The position numbers and the translations under genes are program-made. Shown here piece after piece: positions 46,903-55,801 of a stretch of DNA of 64,000 bases. The stretch is from assembly GCA_964399035.1 (NCBI GenBank), contig CAYNPH010000034.1:3725-67724 (forward strand), in the 5' to 3' direction. Source of the DNA: an uncultured Desulfurococcaceae archaeon (GTDB taxonomy: Archaea; Thermoproteota; Thermoprotei_A; Sulfolobales; NBVN01). The notes beneath the pieces were generated by a model. That model saw only the letters and a program-made list of their open reading frames with translations, did no database searches and had not been told where the DNA came from. Numbering within the stretch: the first letter of the stretch is position 1; the number at the start of each line of letters is the position of its first letter.

Positions 46903-47911
46903 ACCTTACACCCCCTAGGGCCTTACTCACTAGGTATCCAGCACCTATCAAGAGGGCTATGCTTAGGAACGCTGACTGCATCCAGTGCGTTGCGAAGGGT
47001 AAAGTAAAACTCGCTATAAAAGTCGCTGCTGCAGCCCCGCCTAGATACATTACTAAGTGCTTGGTTAGCACGGGCTCTATAGCTACTAGCTGTCTACCAT
47101 CGACGCCCGAGAACGCTATGGAGTAAATGGCGTTCCTAAACTTATACGTGATAATGTATATTGGGATTAGGACGGCCTTAAAGTTCTTGACGTTTACCCT
47201 ACATAGGTAAACGTTAAGCCTATCAAGCCTATACCTGCGCTTGACCCAAGACTTAAGCTTCTCTGCTATGACGTCCCTAGCTATCGCATTCACTTCCTTA
47301 GGCTCTATGTCGAACCCCATCACCGCATGCACGTCTTTCCCCCACTTGTACTTAGACGCGTGTATAGCGGTTGACACATCAAGTTGCTTGACCTGCGTCG
47401 AGAGTTCTTTAACGCCTAATTCCTCGATATGTCTCCTACCTAAGATCGCGTCAACGCCGCTCACACTTCCGGAGTCCCTTACCTTAACCACTCTAACTTC
47501 CGTCTGTGTTGTGACCCTTCCGCCAACATTCACTGTCCTTGTCCTGGTCTCCCTCCTCTCACCCACAAAGAAGTAGTTCGCGTCGTAGTTGACGACGTAG
47601 AAGGGTACGAATATGCTCGTTATGGAGTCTATGCTTATTTTATTGACGTACTTACCCATGTCACTATCAGTTCTCATCCTATCCCAGAACCTACGTGTTA
47701 TCTCCTCCCTACTTAGGGAAGGGAAGACAAACACGTCGTAACCCGGGTCACGATACTCGATATATCCACAGTACCTGCACTTAACGACTAGCGAGTCAGG
47801 CGTGACCTCAATAGGTGCTCCGCAGTTAGGGCACTTGAACACTTCTGCTTCTCCATGCGGTGGCGGTGGAGGAGGCTCGGTACTGTAGGGCATTCCTGTG
47901 TTCTGAGACAT
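46892..47911 (-). CDS. Uncharacterised Zn-ribbon protein with C-terminal TM region (paralog A)
   Basis: PPPPPP linker, CPNCGA-x15-CRYCGY ribbon, FVPFY and IPIYIITYKFRN...VDGRQLVAIEP motifs, then two hydrophobic segments. Its stop overlaps the paralog B start by 11 nt. Confidence 0.6.
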   Translation of the reverse strand: MSQNTGMPYSTEPPPPPPHGEAEVFKCPNCGAPIEVTPDSLVVKCRYCGYIEYRDPGYDVFVFPSLSREEITRRFWDRMRTDSDMGKYVNKISIDSITSIFVPFYVVNYDANYFFVGERRETRTRTVNVGGRVTTQTEVRVVKVRDSGSVSGVDAILGRRHIEELGVKELSTQVKQLDVSTAIHASKYKWGKDVHAVMGFDIEPKEVNAIARDVIAEKLKSWVKRRYRLDRLNVYLCRVNVKNFKAVLIPIYIITYKFRNAIYSIAFSGVDGRQLVAIEPVLTKHLVMYLGGAAAATFIASFTLPFATHWMQSAFLSIALLIGAGYLVSKALGGVRFER

Positions 47912-48004
47912 TGTGATGCACCTAAAACTTCACTACAAAGGTAAAGGCAGGGGTAATTAATACTTAACTCACCCCACCACACCCATAGGTTAAACTCTTT
48001 AGCT

Positions 48005-48634
48005 ATGAGCGAAGTAAATGCCGAGTGGGTTACCCAGAGAGGATGCATCATGCGTGCACTAATACTGGATATCGATGGCACTTTAGTGAAGCCAGATATT
48101 GACTGGACGTATGTCAGGAGAAGGCTCTCCGAGCTAGGGATCAACGTTCCCCATAAACCTGTTGCCGAGATCTTGGCTAGGGTAGCGATGCATAACCCTA
48201 AGTTAGCTAAGAGCGTTGAGGACGAGATAGTCGGCATAGAGCGGCGGAGTGCGGAGAGGGTGAGGCGCGATCCTGAACTCCGAGGTCTTCTCTTACAATT
48301 CAAGGATCGAGGAATTAGGATAGCGGTGGTTACGTTAAGGGGTCGTGAAACAGCCGCTAAGGTTCTGGGGTCGTTAGGTATTAGCGACTTAGTGGATGTC
48401 CTTGTAACCCGCGAGGATAGTTACGACAGAAGAGTACAGCTTAGAACAGTGTTGAGTGCATTGGGTGTCGAACCGAGCCAAACATACTTCCTCGGCGACA
48501 CCATGTGGGATCTAGAGGCAGGGAAGAATGAAGGAGTGAACGTGCTTCTAATAGACTCGAAAGAGGACCCTGTCTCAACAGTCCCGAAACACTTGAAGGC
48601 AACGCTTAGGAAACTCCTCGAGAACCTCCAGTAA
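48005..48634 (+). CDS. HAD-superfamily hydrolase (phosphatase)
   Basis: ALILDIDGTL (motif I), VTLRG (motif II) and GDTMWDLEAG (motif IV). An alternative start at ATG 48050 would give the usual short N-terminus. Confidence 0.8.
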   Translation: MSEVNAEWVTQRGCIMRALILDIDGTLVKPDIDWTYVRRRLSELGINVPHKPVAEILARVAMHNPKLAKSVEDEIVGIERRSAERVRRDPELRGLLLQFKDRGIRIAVVTLRGRETAAKVLGSLGISDLVDVLVTREDSYDRRVQLRTVLSALGVEPSQTYFLGDTMWDLEAGKNEGVNVLLIDSKEDPVSTVPKHLKATLRKLLENLQ

Positions 48635-48650
48635 TCCTTGTGTAGTAGAA

Positions 48651-49943
48651 TCACCAATTAATGAAGCGCGGCTTGCCCTCGTATATGGGGGCTATCACCC
48701 TAACAGTAACTTCACTACCCTCTTCATACCCCTCCACATTCTCCTCGATCTCCAGTATGCCGTTTCCCTTAATCAGGGTGGATATGATGCCAGAGCCTGT
48801 TAGCCTCAGCGGCTCGGCGTAGATAACGTTGCCCTCTCGGTAAAGGACGACGCGGTAGCAGGAGCGGAAGCCAACGACGTTAACTACCTTCCTAGTGAGC
48901 CGTGCCCGGACAGTAGGTTCAGGCATCTCCTTAATGCCGTAGAGCTTACGGACAAGGGGCTTAAGGAAAACCTCTAACCCTATGAAGCACGCCACTGGAA
49001 GCCCCGAGAGCATTAGGATGGGCTTGCCGCTAACTACGTACGCGCCAGCAGTCCGCCCCGGACGCAGGTTAACGCCGTGGAAGACAAGCTTCGAGCCGGA
49101 TATGCCCTCCACCGCCTCAGGCACCAGGTCCTTCCCGCCAATGGATGAGCCCCCCGTCGTGATCACGATGTCAGCATCCCTTAACCCTTCCTCAATAGCT
49201 GCCCTGACCTCGTTAACGTCGTCTTTAACTATGCGTGACCAGCTAACCTCACACCCTATTTCCTTAACGTAACTCTCTATTAACGGGCCTGAGGAATTCA
49301 CTACCTCATCCTTACCTCGTGCCTGTCTGTAGTCCTTGAGCTCGTCACCAGTGTTTACGATGGCTATTCGTAAGGGTTTGAAAACCTTCACCTCCGTAAT
49401 GCCTGACTCGGCGAGCGCTGTAATGTGCCAAGGACGTATTACGGTACCTCGCTCTAAGATAACGTCGCCCGCACGGAAGTCTTCCCCAGCACGACTGACG
49501 TTACCGTACTTAGGAACTGGCTTAAATACTAGGACGTGATCCCCAAGTAACTTGCTGTACTCGAAGGGCACGACAGCATCAGCTCCTTCCGGTATCCTGC
49601 CACCGGTGAATATCATAGCTGCCTCCCCTTCTCCTACCCTAACGTGTTTTTTGCTTCCAGCCTCTACCTTCCCAACAACCCTCAACTCAACGGGCTCCCT
49701 TTCGCTAGCGCTGATAACGTCCTCTGACCTGACAGCGAAGCCGTCCATTGCTGCCCTATCAAAAGGTGGGTAATCGCGTAGTGCCTTAACTTGGTGAGAA
49801 GCGACCCTACCCACAGCCTCGACAATATCTAGAGTCTCGACGCTTGGCTCGATAGTCACGGCTCTTAAGAACTTGTGTAATGCGTTCTCCACGGACTCAA
49901 AACTTGTGAAGCCCTTGAGCTTCTGTCGGGGCACCTCAAGCAC
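48651..49943 (-). CDS. moeA: Molybdopterin molybdenumtransferase MoeA
   Basis: 430 aa. FDRAAMDGFAV, TGDEL, ITTGGSSIG and SGLP motifs. Confidence 0.9.
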   Translation of the reverse strand: MLEVPRQKLKGFTSFESVENALHKFLRAVTIEPSVETLDIVEAVGRVASHQVKALRDYPPFDRAAMDGFAVRSEDVISASEREPVELRVVGKVEAGSKKHVRVGEGEAAMIFTGGRIPEGADAVVPFEYSKLLGDHVLVFKPVPKYGNVSRAGEDFRAGDVILERGTVIRPWHITALAESGITEVKVFKPLRIAIVNTGDELKDYRQARGKDEVVNSSGPLIESYVKEIGCEVSWSRIVKDDVNEVRAAIEEGLRDADIVITTGGSSIGGKDLVPEAVEGISGSKLVFHGVNLRPGRTAGAYVVSGKPILMLSGLPVACFIGLEVFLKPLVRKLYGIKEMPEPTVRARLTRKVVNVVGFRSCYRVVLYREGNVIYAEPLRLTGSGIISTLIKGNGILEIEENVEGYEEGSEVTVRVIAPIYEGKPRFINW

Positions 49944-50772
49944 CCTTAACTGCTCTAATGTTCTCTAACGCCTTCTCTATATGTCTTAGCAAGTCATTAA
50001 TCTTCTCTGTTAATGCTTTGCAACCGCTGATTGCTGGGTGAGTCAAGTCAGCGACTAAGGGAGTTATAGTCACGTACCCGTTACTTAAGTAGTACGAGTC
50101 AGTACCATCCTCAACCACGCGCTCCCCAACAAGCCAGTAGTATTCCCTACCCCTAGGATCTATTCTCCTCTCAAACCTCTGAATGAACCTTATCCTCTGC
50201 GTCTTCGGCATGACCACCCCCTTAGGTGTCGGTGTACGGGGTAGGTTCACCGAGAGCGTGTCCACGCCGTCGAACCAGCCGTTATCCTTAACGTACTCTA
50301 TCAGGGCCTCCACAACCTTCCTAACCATGAATGAGTACTTAGGGTTCTCGAACTCATCGTCAGTCAAGACGTCAGCCGAAAGAGCTATTGAGGGGTAGCC
50401 AAAGAGCCCGGCCTCGATCGCGGCCTCCACAGTGCCGGAGTAAAGTATGTTCTGCGACGACGTATTCTCACCTATGTTTATCCCTGAAACGACGAGGTCA
50501 GGGTTAAACCCAAGTATGTCCTTAGCGGCGTGGAAAGCGTCAACAGGCGTGCCATTGATAGCGAATACCCTTAACCCGTATATGCCGAGTTCCCGCAGGA
50601 AGAGTGGCTTATGAAGCGTTAATGAGTGTCCTCCGCCGGACTTCGGCGTCTCAGGCACGACAGCCAGTACCTCACCAAACTCCTTAAGTATCTCGTAGGT
50701 GAGGGGAAGCGCCCTCGTGACGAATCCGTCGTCATTCACTAAGAGTATCTTGAAGTGATCTTCTTTTGACAT
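49936..50772 (-). CDS. surE: 5'/3'-nucleotidase SurE
   Basis: ILLVNDDGF, SGINIGEN and YSGTVEAA motifs. 8-nt overlap with moeA. Confidence 0.93.
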   Translation of the reverse strand: MSKEDHFKILLVNDDGFVTRALPLTYEILKEFGEVLAVVPETPKSGGGHSLTLHKPLFLRELGIYGLRVFAINGTPVDAFHAAKDILGFNPDLVVSGINIGENTSSQNILYSGTVEAAIEAGLFGYPSIALSADVLTDDEFENPKYSFMVRKVVEALIEYVKDNGWFDGVDTLSVNLPRTPTPKGVVMPKTQRIRFIQRFERRIDPRGREYYWLVGERVVEDGTDSYYLSNGYVTITPLVADLTHPAISGCKALTEKINDLLRHIEKALENIRAVKGA

Positions 50773-50940
50773 GGCCTCATCACTTAGTGTTAAGTCACTC
50801 TGTAGCGCTATTAAGAATTACTTAATTAATCCGCGGTATTCAGTGACGTAGTTATTGAGGCTTGGAAGTCATTAACGTTATGAAGGGTGTGAAGACCCCG
50901 TTAATCACCTAATTAAGCTTCGTAAACATATTAGGGAGTA

Positions 50941-52020
50941 GTGAGGGTGATGAGGGATTCAATAAGCAGGCTGGTCGCGGAGCTAGCTAGGCCAGCGAGG
51001 CTTAAACCTAGGTACAAGCTCCTGGAGGATGAAACACGCTACGTGATACCGGAGGAGTTAAGGCGTGAGAGCCTTAAGAAGCCGAGCAGGCGTTACGTCT
51101 TCGCCGCCCTTGACGCCGCTGCCGCAACTCTTCATGTGCCAGCTGGCGAGGTAAGCGTCGTCGCTGGGGCGCTGTGTGATGCGAGGAGTGCTTACCTCTA
51201 CCCGGGAACAGGTATTGTTGCTAGTGTCAGTGGCCCTCCCTTCCTCGGTGCACCGATTGAGGAGGATCTGAGCCTAGTTTCCAACCGCTACGTGAAGGTC
51301 GGCCTCAAGTACGTTAATGACCCGGACCTACCTGAGGGCGCCTTGTCTCACGATCTTCGAATACATATGGAGACGTACTTACTGAGCGTAGCCAAGGAGA
51401 GGTTAAGGGGCGGCACGGTACTGCTCATAGACGGGCCCGTAACCTACCCATACACGCACCCTGTGGAGGGTAGCGTGTGGAATGCGGAGTTAGGCGGGCT
51501 GAACGAGGATAGAGTCACCATGATGAGTAGTCTTATTGAGGAAGGCATAGTCCCAGTATGCGTGGTTAAGCGCGTATGGAGGTCCAAGCACTTAATCAGG
51601 GCGCTGGGGCTGAGCGAGCTCCTGACAGACGTGAAAATGATTATGAATGCCCTAGGGTTAAGCGGGGTTCCAGACAAACCACTCATGATAGGTCCTTGGG
51701 AAGTCAGCGGCTCCGTCGACACCCCGCCTAGGGTCATGGCTTACGTGTTGACGCCCGTAGCAATGCCGGTCAGGCTATACACGATATTCAGGATTGAGGT
51801 TTTGAAAGCGGTTCAGGAGCTGCTCGGTGAGGAGAGGTTCCTTGAATTAGTGGCCGCTATATCGTACTCAGCGTCCTCCTATGGGACATACGTCCCGCAC
51901 AGACTGCATGTTGCTGACGCACTCTCCAAGGAGGTCGTGACTAAGAACGCCTCCGTGCTTGAAGCGTTGCTCAGGCTGAAGGGCGTCCCACTTCTTTACG
52001 GGGGTGTGACTGTTGAGTGA
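50941..52020 (+). CDS. nurA: NurA-domain nuclease
   Basis: FAALDAAA (first Asp), VLLIDGPVTYPY (DG motif), VCVVKRVWRSK and PHRLHVADALSK blocks appear in the order typical of NurA. Start is GTG 50941 or ATG 50950. Confidence 0.65.
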   Translation: MRVMRDSISRLVAELARPARLKPRYKLLEDETRYVIPEELRRESLKKPSRRYVFAALDAAAATLHVPAGEVSVVAGALCDARSAYLYPGTGIVASVSGPPFLGAPIEEDLSLVSNRYVKVGLKYVNDPDLPEGALSHDLRIHMETYLLSVAKERLRGGTVLLIDGPVTYPYTHPVEGSVWNAELGGLNEDRVTMMSSLIEEGIVPVCVVKRVWRSKHLIRALGLSELLTDVKMIMNALGLSGVPDKPLMIGPWEVSGSVDTPPRVMAYVLTPVAMPVRLYTIFRIEVLKAVQELLGEERFLELVAAISYSASSYGTYVPHRLHVADALSKEVVTKNASVLEALLRLKGVPLLYGGVTVE

Positions 52021-53848
52021 TGACTCACTAAGCACGATACGTGAGTTGATAGCATCGAGAATAACTGAGGCGAAAAGAAAAGCTAGGAGCATCGGCAGGA
52101 TCGTTGGCGTGGTTAGCCGAAAGAACCCGTCGAAGTTAGCGGGGGATCTAACAGCCACGGTCGTCGAGATAGACCCGGCAACGTACTACAAGTATGGGGA
52201 AATGCTGGGGGTCGGGAACTACTTAGTTGCCGTAGACCTCAGGACGCTAAAGGCCGTTGGACTCAGGATAATCGGGGTTTCACGAGCTGACGTCGCCTCA
52301 ACTCTGGAGTCCCTAGCCCCCATAGGGTTAGGGGAGGATGAAGAGGGATTACTCACTAACGCCCTAATCGAGGTCACGCCGCTCCTGAACGAGGATGGTG
52401 CCCCAGTCTCCACGCCCTTAGAGCCGCAGTCACCGGTCGTTGTGCCCGATGATCCGGAGATACTACTATCCGTCGCAGGCATACCTAAGGAAGGAGTAAC
52501 GCTCGGCTACCTCCACACAGGCTCTGCACCAGTGGCGGGTGGAGTAGTGCCTATGAAGTTACCTAGGCAAGAATTCTTTAAACACATGCTCGTGATAGGA
52601 ACTACGGGTTCCGGTAAGACCACCCTAATAAAGAACTTACTGTACGTTATTGGAAGAGACTGGAAGGAAGCTAAGGTACTAGTGGTTGACGCTGCCGGAG
52701 ACTACGCGCAGATAGTGTTACCCCCTCCCTCACTACCCTCGGACGCTATCCCCGCGATCTACAAGAACGCTGAGGAATTCAGGAGTAATTACCCGTCATG
52801 GATAACCGTCCTACTACCGGTGCGCAGGGAGGACAGGAAACTCAAGCAGCTAGCGCTGAAGTACGTCATGGAGCGCATAGGCAAAGTAGCTAAGGCGTTC
52901 TACGGTAAGGACCCGATGACTAGCGTTGAGGCACCTGCTCGTGACTTTGAGACCGTGAAGTCCATCCTCGTTCACTGCAACTTGAATGGCTATGAATTCA
53001 CCGTTGAGGTAGTCCCCATGTCCTTAACGTACACGCAGCTCCGCGACCACTTGGAAATACTTCCTCTATTCTCACGGCAGGCCAAGGTGTACCTGAGGAA
53101 CGTGATCGGGTACTTGGAGCATAAGGTCGGCAGCATAACTAACTTCACGTACCTCTACAGATCACTTCAGGAAAGGTTCGATGAGATTCTGAAGGTGATG
53201 AAGCTACACCGTAGAACCCTTGAGAACATCGAGAGGACACTGAACTTCATAGCCAGTGCGGACGAAGTCGACGTGAGGATCGAGGGGAACGTGATAGGCA
53301 TACCGCCCGCCGGACGAATCATGGAGAACTATAGGGGTCCAGTAATAATAGACCTAGACTACGCTGCACTTAGGGGCGCGCACTTCCTAGTCCTCAACCT
53401 GATAGCGTACGAAATACTCAGGGAGGTTTACGCATGGAAGAAATCCGCCGGTGCCACTACCCCGACACTCATGATACTTGATGAGGCCCACAGGTTCTTC
53501 CCCTCAGAGGGAACGAGTAGGGAGGAGGTGGAGATGCTGGCTGACTTCATAGCAAGGATAGCGAGGTTAGGTAGGTCAAGGGGTCTCGGCCTCATATTCT
53601 CCACACACTCCCCCAAAGACGTTCATAAGATAGTGATCCAGCTAACGAACACGAAAGTGATACTAAGAAGTGAGCGGGAATTCCTTGAGATGCTGGACGT
53701 TCCGAGAGAATACTTGAGGTTAATGGAACTCGCACCTGATAGGGTGGCGCTGATAAGGACATCCGTGGTCCGCTCTGGCTACGCCCTCTTCAGAACGAGC
53801 GAACCTCTGCTGGGTCATTTTGACATGGGGCGTCTATCCGTTAAGTAA
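52013..53848 (+). CDS. herA: HerA-type (FtsK/HerA superfamily, DUF87) hexameric ATPase/translocase
   Basis: N-terminal barrel-like segment (GRIVGVVS...VGNYLVAVD...), Walker A VIGTTGSGKTT, Walker B LMILDEAHRF, and GRSRGLGLIFSTHSP. The TTG start overlaps the nurA stop by 8 nt. Confidence 0.8.
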   Translation: MSDDSLSTIRELIASRITEAKRKARSIGRIVGVVSRKNPSKLAGDLTATVVEIDPATYYKYGEMLGVGNYLVAVDLRTLKAVGLRIIGVSRADVASTLESLAPIGLGEDEEGLLTNALIEVTPLLNEDGAPVSTPLEPQSPVVVPDDPEILLSVAGIPKEGVTLGYLHTGSAPVAGGVVPMKLPRQEFFKHMLVIGTTGSGKTTLIKNLLYVIGRDWKEAKVLVVDAAGDYAQIVLPPPSLPSDAIPAIYKNAEEFRSNYPSWITVLLPVRREDRKLKQLALKYVMERIGKVAKAFYGKDPMTSVEAPARDFETVKSILVHCNLNGYEFTVEVVPMSLTYTQLRDHLEILPLFSRQAKVYLRNVIGYLEHKVGSITNFTYLYRSLQERFDEILKVMKLHRRTLENIERTLNFIASADEVDVRIEGNVIGIPPAGRIMENYRGPVIIDLDYAALRGAHFLVLNLIAYEILREVYAWKKSAGATTPTLMILDEAHRFFPSEGTSREEVEMLADFIARIARLGRSRGLGLIFSTHSPKDVHKIVIQLTNTKVILRSEREFLEMLDVPREYLRLMELAPDRVALIRTSVVRSGYALFRTSEPLLGHFDMGRLSVK

Positions 53849-53926
53849 TGCCGGGGAGAACCACGTCTCAGAAACGTTAATGTTTCTCACCAACATTACT
53901 TACCTAGGTTTTGGGAGGGATATTAC

Positions 53927-55789
53927 TTGGCATGCGGTATAGTCGGGGTTGTCGCTAAGGAAGGCGTGCTACGGAAGCCCCTCGGGAGGGTGATAAGGGA
54001 GTCCCTGAAGAAGCTTGAGTACCGAGGCTACGACTCGGTGGGCTTCGCGATACTGACTCGTGACGGCAGGCTCGTCGTGCGTAAGTCCAGGGGCATGATA
54101 GACAACGTATCAGCTAAGTTAGGGTTCGACAGCTTCGACGGGCTAGTCGGTATAGGTCACACGCGGTGGGCAACACATGGAAAGCCAAGTGACGTGAACG
54201 CCCATCCCCACGTGGACTGCAGCGGTGCCGTAGCGGTGGTTCATAACGGTATAATAGAGAATTACGAGGAGATAAAGGCTGAATTAACTAGGCTAGGACA
54301 TCATTTCACCTCCGACACGGACACTGAAGTAATACCTCACCTAATAGAGGAGTTCAAGAGGCAAGGTGCGAGCCCATACGAAGCCTTCAAGAGGACCATC
54401 TCCTACCTTAAGGGAGCGTACGCCTTAGCAGTGATAGACACCAGCACCCCAGACAGGATATACTTCGCCAGGAGCACGTCACCCTTAGTGATAGGGTTAG
54501 GTAACGGCGCAAACTTCCTAGCCAGCGACATACCGGCGTTCCTTGAGTTCACGCGCAAGGTCATAGTACTGAGGGATGGGGAGGTAGGTTACGTAACCGC
54601 TGATGACGTGGTCATAGAGCACCGCCCTAAGGCAGGGAGTAATGGGGTGTCATGGGCACCGGTCAGCTTGACGGGTAGGGTTAGGGTTGTTGAGTGGACC
54701 GCTGAGATGGCGATGAAGGGCGGCTACCCTCACTTCATGCTTAAGGAGATTCATGAGCAACCGAACGCCTTAGCCTCAACCCTTGCTGGCATAGAGGATC
54801 AGGTTGCGGACGTGGTTAAGGCACTAAGCAAGGCGGAATCCGTGGTAATCGTCGGGGCAGGAACCTCCTTCCACGCCTCATACTTAGGCTCCCTGCTCAT
54901 GAGTAACTTAGCTAGGAAGAGATCCGTAGCGATAATATCGTCTGAAGCGAGGTGGCACCTCAGATCCCTGAGGGAGGGTGACGTGGTAGTGGCTGTGAGT
55001 CAGTCAGGTGAGACCATAGACACGCTACTAGCGGTGAGGGAGGCTAAAGCAGCGGGTGCACTAACAATAGCGTTATCCAATGTCGTTGACTCAGCAATAC
55101 CTCGCGAGTCCCACATGGCTATCTACACCAGGGCAGGACCTGAGATAGGGGTGGCGGCAACAAAGACGTTCACCACGCAGGTAGCTGTTCTCTCCTACCT
55201 CGCAATCAAGGTCGCTGAACGCGTTGGCGCAATAAGGGGTCATGAAGCCAGCGAGTACGTAGCAGCGTTAAGGAGAGTGCCTGAAATAGCGGCGTCGATC
55301 ATAGCGATGCACGAAGCTAAAGCTAGGGCCGTGGCGAGGAGAATGGCTGAGCGAACAAACGCCTTCTACCTCGGCAGGGGGTACTCGCTCCCGATAGCTA
55401 TGGAGGGGGCGCTAAAGCTCAAGGAAATAGCCTATGTCCACGCCGAGGCCTACCCGGCCGGCGAATCTAAACACGGCCCGATAGCGCTTGTCGAGGAGAA
55501 CTTCCCGGTGCTCTTCACCGCTGTCGGCAGGGACGACGGAGAGATGATCAGGAGCAACATAGAGGAAATGAAGGCTAGGTTAGCATGGACCCTAGCTGTA
55601 GCCCCCGAGTCGCTGAAGGAGGTGCTGAGGGCCGTTGACGTCGCCTTCAAGATGCCTGACCTCCCCGAGGTGGCCGCGGTGGTTGCATACGTCATACCAT
55701 ACCAGTTAATAGCGTATTACACAGCAGTGCGTAAGGGTCACGACCCAGATAAGCCCAGGAACTTAGCGAAGACCGTGACGGTTGTTTAG
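53927..55789 (+). CDS. glmS: Glutamine--fructose-6-phosphate aminotransferase (isomerising)
   Basis: ACGIVG Ntn-amidotransferase N-terminus, GHTRWATHG, two SIS domains (SQSGETIDT) and a C-terminal KPRNLAKTVTV. Confidence 0.95.
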   Translation: MACGIVGVVAKEGVLRKPLGRVIRESLKKLEYRGYDSVGFAILTRDGRLVVRKSRGMIDNVSAKLGFDSFDGLVGIGHTRWATHGKPSDVNAHPHVDCSGAVAVVHNGIIENYEEIKAELTRLGHHFTSDTDTEVIPHLIEEFKRQGASPYEAFKRTISYLKGAYALAVIDTSTPDRIYFARSTSPLVIGLGNGANFLASDIPAFLEFTRKVIVLRDGEVGYVTADDVVIEHRPKAGSNGVSWAPVSLTGRVRVVEWTAEMAMKGGYPHFMLKEIHEQPNALASTLAGIEDQVADVVKALSKAESVVIVGAGTSFHASYLGSLLMSNLARKRSVAIISSEARWHLRSLREGDVVVAVSQSGETIDTLLAVREAKAAGALTIALSNVVDSAIPRESHMAIYTRAGPEIGVAATKTFTTQVAVLSYLAIKVAERVGAIRGHEASEYVAALRRVPEIAASIIAMHEAKARAVARRMAERTNAFYLGRGYSLPIAMEGALKLKEIAYVHAEAYPAGESKHGPIALVEENFPVLFTAVGRDDGEMIRSNIEEMKARLAWTLAVAPESLKEVLRAVDVAFKMPDLPEVAAVVAYVIPYQLIAYYTAVRKGHDPDKPRNLAKTVTVV

Positions 55790-55801
55790 GGGTGCTTAAC
55801 T

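Noticed and set aside
47788-48303. 171-aa - strand ORF spanning the Zn-ribbon-A start, the spacer and the HAD gene
   Set aside because: It crosses a divergent promoter region and is antisense to a HAD gene with clear motifs. Its composition is atypical.
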